Positions 60,986-64,000 of a stretch of DNA of 64,000 nt are shown here, piece after piece. The position numbers were made by a program, and so were the translations under genes. The stretch spans positions 11,688 to 75,687 of the forward strand of contig CAYGGX010000001.1 of NCBI GenBank assembly GCA_964349585.1, read 5' to 3'. Position 1 is the stretch's first letter, and each line of letters opens with the position of its first letter. This DNA is from an uncultured Actinotalea sp. (GTDB taxonomy: Bacteria > Actinomycetota > Actinomycetes > Actinomycetales > Cellulomonadaceae). Under the pieces are notes generated by a model. It did not search any database and was not told the DNA's origin. It saw only the letters and a list, made by a program, of their open reading frames with translations.

Positions 60986-62149
60986 TCACCCGGCGACGCC
61001 GGATGCGACCTCTTCCGCGGTCCAGTAGCCGGAGTCGACCAGCAGCTCCTGGATGTTGCCCGCGTAGACGATGTCCGACTCGAGCAGGTACGAGGGAACG
61101 ATCTTGACGCCGTTGTCGTACGTCTCGGTGTCGTTCGCCTCGGGCTCCTCACCGTTCAGGTACGCCGTGGCGGCGATGACGGCCTGCGCGGCGAGCTTGC
61201 GGGTGTCCTTGAAGATCGTCGCGAACTGCACGTTGTCGGCGATCAGCTTGACCGACTCGATCTCCGCGTCCTGGCCGCTGACGACCGGGAAGCCCGCGTC
61301 GACGGTGGCCGGGTAGCCGGCGTTCTGCAGCGCGACGATGATGCCGCGGGACAGGCCGTCGTACGGCGAGAGAACGCCGTCAACCTGGGAGCCGTCGTTG
61401 TAGGTGGAGGTCAGCAGGTCCTCCATGCGCCGCTGAGCGGTCTCCTGCTGCCAGCGCAGGATGTTGACCTGCTCGATCGCGGTCTGATTGGACTTCACCA
61501 CGAGGGTGCCGTCGTCGATCAGCGGCTGCAGGATCGACATGGCGCCGTTGAAGAAGAAGTAGGCGTTGTTGTCGTCCAGCGAGCCCGCGAACAGCTCGAT
61601 GTTGAACGGGCCGGTCGCGTCGCCCTCGGAGCCGTCCTCGTTGAGGATGCCCAGGCCGACCAGGAGCGACGTCGCCTGGAGCACGCCGACGTCGAAGTTG
61701 TCGAACGTCACGTAGAAGTCGACGTTCTCCGAGTCGCGGATCAGCCGGTCGTACGCGATGACCGGGATGCCCGCGTCAGCGGCGGTCTGCAGCTGGCCGG
61801 ACAGCGTGGTGCCGTCGATCGCCGCGATGATCAGGGCACGAGCGCCCTTGGTGATCATCTGGTCGACCTGCTGCTGCTGGGTCGGGATGTCGTCGTTGGC
61901 GTACTGGAGGTCGACCTCGAAGCCGAGCTCCTCCAGGCCCTCCTTGACGGCGTCGCCGTCCGCGATCCAACGAGACGAGGTCTGGGTGGGCATCGAGACG
62001 CCGATCAGGCCACCCTCCTCGGGCTCGACGACGTCGACGTCGGTGTCGGTGTCGGTGTCGGTCTCACCCGCGCCGCCACCACCGCAAGCTGCCAGCGTCA
62101 TCGCGAGCGCGATGCCCGCCGATACCGCGGCGAATCTGGTCCTTCTCAT
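60986..62149 (-). CDS. chvE: Multiple monosaccharide ABC transporter substrate-binding lipoprotein
   Basis: Lipobox LAAC; GVSMPTQTSSRWIADG, IAYDRLI, FAGSLDDNNA, SPYDGLS, IFKDTR. Confidence 0.92.
   Translation of the reverse strand: MRRTRFAAVSAGIALAMTLAACGGGGAGETDTDTDTDVDVVEPEEGGLIGVSMPTQTSSRWIADGDAVKEGLEELGFEVDLQYANDDIPTQQQQVDQMITKGARALIIAAIDGTTLSGQLQTAADAGIPVIAYDRLIRDSENVDFYVTFDNFDVGVLQATSLLVGLGILNEDGSEGDATGPFNIELFAGSLDDNNAYFFFNGAMSILQPLIDDGTLVVKSNQTAIEQVNILRWQQETAQRRMEDLLTSTYNDGSQVDGVLSPYDGLSRGIIVALQNAGYPATVDAGFPVVSGQDAEIESVKLIADNVQFATIFKDTRKLAAQAVIAATAYLNGEEPEANDTETYDNGVKIVPSYLLESDIVYAGNIQELLVDSGYWTAEEVASGVAG
62039..62062. repeat. (GTCGGT)x4 in-frame repeat encoding a Thr-Asp linker
   Basis: Four exact 6-bp units in the chvE N-terminal linker (TDTDTDTD). 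Confidence 0.8.
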
Positions 62150-62268
62150 TTGTCCTCCTCAGGGACCTGCATTTCCTTCATCTGTTGGCCGCACCTGGGG
62201 GCGCGACCACCGGGCCTAACCGAGCCACCCGGCCGCCATGAGATGCCGGCCAGGGAGCGCCGTTTGAA

Positions 62269-63078
62269 CTACTCCACCGCGACCACGTCGGCACCTGCCC
62301 GACGCAAGCGCTGGACCTCGTGCACCGGGGCCGATGGCCCGGTGACGATGGTGTGGACGTCCGCGAGCCTTGCCACGCGGCCGAGGTGCACCTGTCCGAG
62401 CTTCGAGCCGTCAGCGACGATCACGGCTCGCCGGGCGGCGGCGATCATGCGTCGCTTCACCTCGGCCTCGGGCAGGTTGATGTTGGTGACCCCGTGCTCG
62501 GAGTCAAGTCCGTTGCAGCCGACGAACGCGAGATCGGCGTGCAGCTGTTCGAGCAGCACCGTCGCCATGGGGTTCACCAGGGAGTGCTGCAGCCGGCGCA
62601 GCGTGCCGCCCGTGACCACGACCGTCAGCCACTCCATCGCGGGCTCCAGCTCGAGCGCGATGTTCAGCCCGTTGGTCACCACGACCACCTGGCTCAGGTC
62701 GGTCCTGGCCACCAGCGCGCGCGCCACCGCGGTGGTCGTCGTGCCGACGTCGAGCAGGACGCTCATCCCGGACGAGACCAGGGAGGCGGCGTACTCGCCG
62801 ATCCGCTGCTTCTCGCCGGCGAACTCGACCAGCGACTCCTCGAAGGAGGGCTCGGGCCGGGCATGTCCCGCCGGGGCCATCGCCCCGCCGCGTACCCGGC
62901 GCACCGCGTGGGAGATCTCAAGGGCGGCGAGGTCCGCGCGCACCGTCACCTCGGAGATCCCGAACGCCTCCGCCAGGTCCGCGACGCGCACGAACTCGCG
63001 GTCCGCGATGACCTGGAGCATCCGCTCCCGTCGCACCGTGACCGGCAGCAGCTCGATCTCTTCCTTGAGCACGTTCAC
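62269..63078 (-). CDS. DeoR/GlpR-family transcriptional regulator (AgaR-like)
   Basis: FGISEVTVRADLAALE...RRVRGGA HTH; LDVGTTT, VVTNGL, VTGGTLR, DLAFVGCNG, ADGSKLG; GTG 63078 with GGAGAG RBS. Confidence 0.92.
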   Translation of the reverse strand: MNVLKEEIELLPVTVRRERMLQVIADREFVRVADLAEAFGISEVTVRADLAALEISHAVRRVRGGAMAPAGHARPEPSFEESLVEFAGEKQRIGEYAASLVSSGMSVLLDVGTTTTAVARALVARTDLSQVVVVTNGLNIALELEPAMEWLTVVVTGGTLRRLQHSLVNPMATVLLEQLHADLAFVGCNGLDSEHGVTNINLPEAEVKRRMIAAARRAVIVADGSKLGQVHLGRVARLADVHTIVTGPSAPVHEVQRLRRAGADVVAVE

Positions 63079-63098
63079 ACTCTCCGGCCCCTGTACCG

Positions 63099-63142
63099 GT
63101 TGAGTCAACTTAGTGAAGTCAACTTTTGATTGCGAAAGGATA
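63099..63142 (-). promoter_or_regulatory. AT-rich promoter/operator region of deoR-chvE-mmsAB
   Basis: TATCCT -10-like at 63137-63142; imperfect palindrome CTTTTGATTGCGAAAG; AGTCAACTT twice (63103, 63117); GTTGAGTCAAC palindrome. Confidence 0.5.
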
Positions 63143-63335
63143 ACGGGATGGCATCGGTGGCTGGCGCACCAACGACGAAAGCCTGTCTCCTTCTCATACG
63201 CGGCGTTTGAGCCGACTCCGGCGCTCGCGGCGCGCGAGTCGGGTTGCCGTATCGAAAGCGAACGAAACACTCCGATGGTGCCATGGCATGGCTCGGCGAC
63301 CCCGAAGGGTGTGCGTCCCCCTGCGAAATGGGCGC

Positions 63336-64000
63336 TCACATGCCTCGTGCGAGCCGGTGGTACGCCTGGTTCCAGCGAAGCTCGTTGCCGAACTGTCGCG
63401 TGCTGGTCCCCTCGTCGATGACGGCCAGCTCCGTGCCCGCGATCTCGGCCAGATCCACGAACGCCTCGAGGCCGACCTGGGTCGTCAGGACCGTGTGGTG
63501 GGCGGCGCCGGCCATCAGCCAGGCCTCGGCCGACGTCGCGAAGTCGGGCCTCGGCTTCCATACCGCGCGGGCGACCGGCAGGTTGGGCAGCTCGGCGTCG
63601 GGCGGCACGATGTCCACAACGTTCGCGGTGAGCCGGAACCGGTCGCGCAAGTCGGAGAGGGCCACCACGAGACCCATGCCGGGGTCCGTGTCGAACACCA
63701 GGCGCACCGGGTCCTCGCGGCCGCCGATGCCGAGCGGATGGATCTCCAGCGACGGCTTGGCGGTCGTCAGGGTCGGGCAGATCTCCAGCATGTGCGCCCC
63801 GAGGATCTTCTCGTCCCCGGGCACCATGTTGTACGTGTAGTCCTCCATCAGCGACGCGCCGCCGGGCAGCCCGGCCCCCATCACCTTGGCGGCCCGGACC
63901 AGGATGGCGGTCTTCCAGTCGCCCTCGGCCCCGAAGCCGAATCCCCGCGCCATCAGGCGCTGGACCGCCAGCCCGGGGAGCTGGCGCAGGGCGCCCAGGT
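63336..64000 (-). CDS. araA: L-arabinose isomerase, 3' part (truncated by the window edge)
   Basis: [54 protein letters not shown]. Confidence 0.95.
   Translation of the reverse strand, partial: LGALRQLPGLAVQRLMARGFGFGAEGDWKTAILVRAAKVMGAGLPGGASLMEDYTYNMVPGDEKILGAHMLEICPTLTTAKPSLEIHPLGIGGREDPVRLVFDTDPGMGLVVALSDLRDRFRLTANVVDIVPPDAELPNLPVARAVWKPRPDFATSAEAWLMAGAAHHTVLTTQVGLEAFVDLAEIAGTELAVIDEGTSTRQFGNELRWNQAYHRLARGM

Noticed and set aside
158-61028. Many long antisense or alternate-frame ORFs (e.g. 158..2638, 2578..4983, 29946..31754, 38793..41561)
   Set aside because: Arg/Pro/Gly/Ala-rich shadows of real genes, expected from stop-codon scarcity at high GC; no family motifs
1-64000. CRISPR array, rRNA, IS element or defence island
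   Set aside because: No regularly spaced repeats, rRNA-like sequence, transposase, or cas/defence genes seen

Overview
High-GC actinobacterial chromosomal core region (Micrococcales-like by gene content; inference). Left to right: murB; three tandem paralogous MFS transporters with a divergent LacI regulator; hadB/hadA-like dehydratases, rpmG and tRNA-Met/Thr/Tyr; yajQ, htpX, an FprA-like reductase, rarD and a hypothetical gene; an inserted YtfQRT-YjfF-like sugar ABC operon; a respiratory supercluster (polyprenyl synthase, nuoA-N, menJ, menG, menF, menD, menC, menB, menE, menA, system II cytochrome c maturation genes, rex); bS22, an Xis-like HTH, acuC, trkH/trkA; and a chvE-mmsAB sugar ABC operon with a DeoR regulator and the 3' end of araA. 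No CRISPR array, integrase, transposase or prophage gene is visible. I found no clearly new multi-gene system. The best leads are regulatory or structural: a Rex operator plus -10 inside a C-terminal extension of menG upstream of menJ-nuoA-N-polyprenyl synthase; a candidate guanidine-III riboswitch upstream of an SMR gene; a LacI-controlled MFS triplet; loss of all four N7 cysteines in NuoG; no hem genes at their usual syntenic position; a 9-bp direct-repeat array upstream of the Xis-like gene; and widespread leaderless-gene architecture. All coordinates were counted by hand; many starts were re-called from the ORF track.
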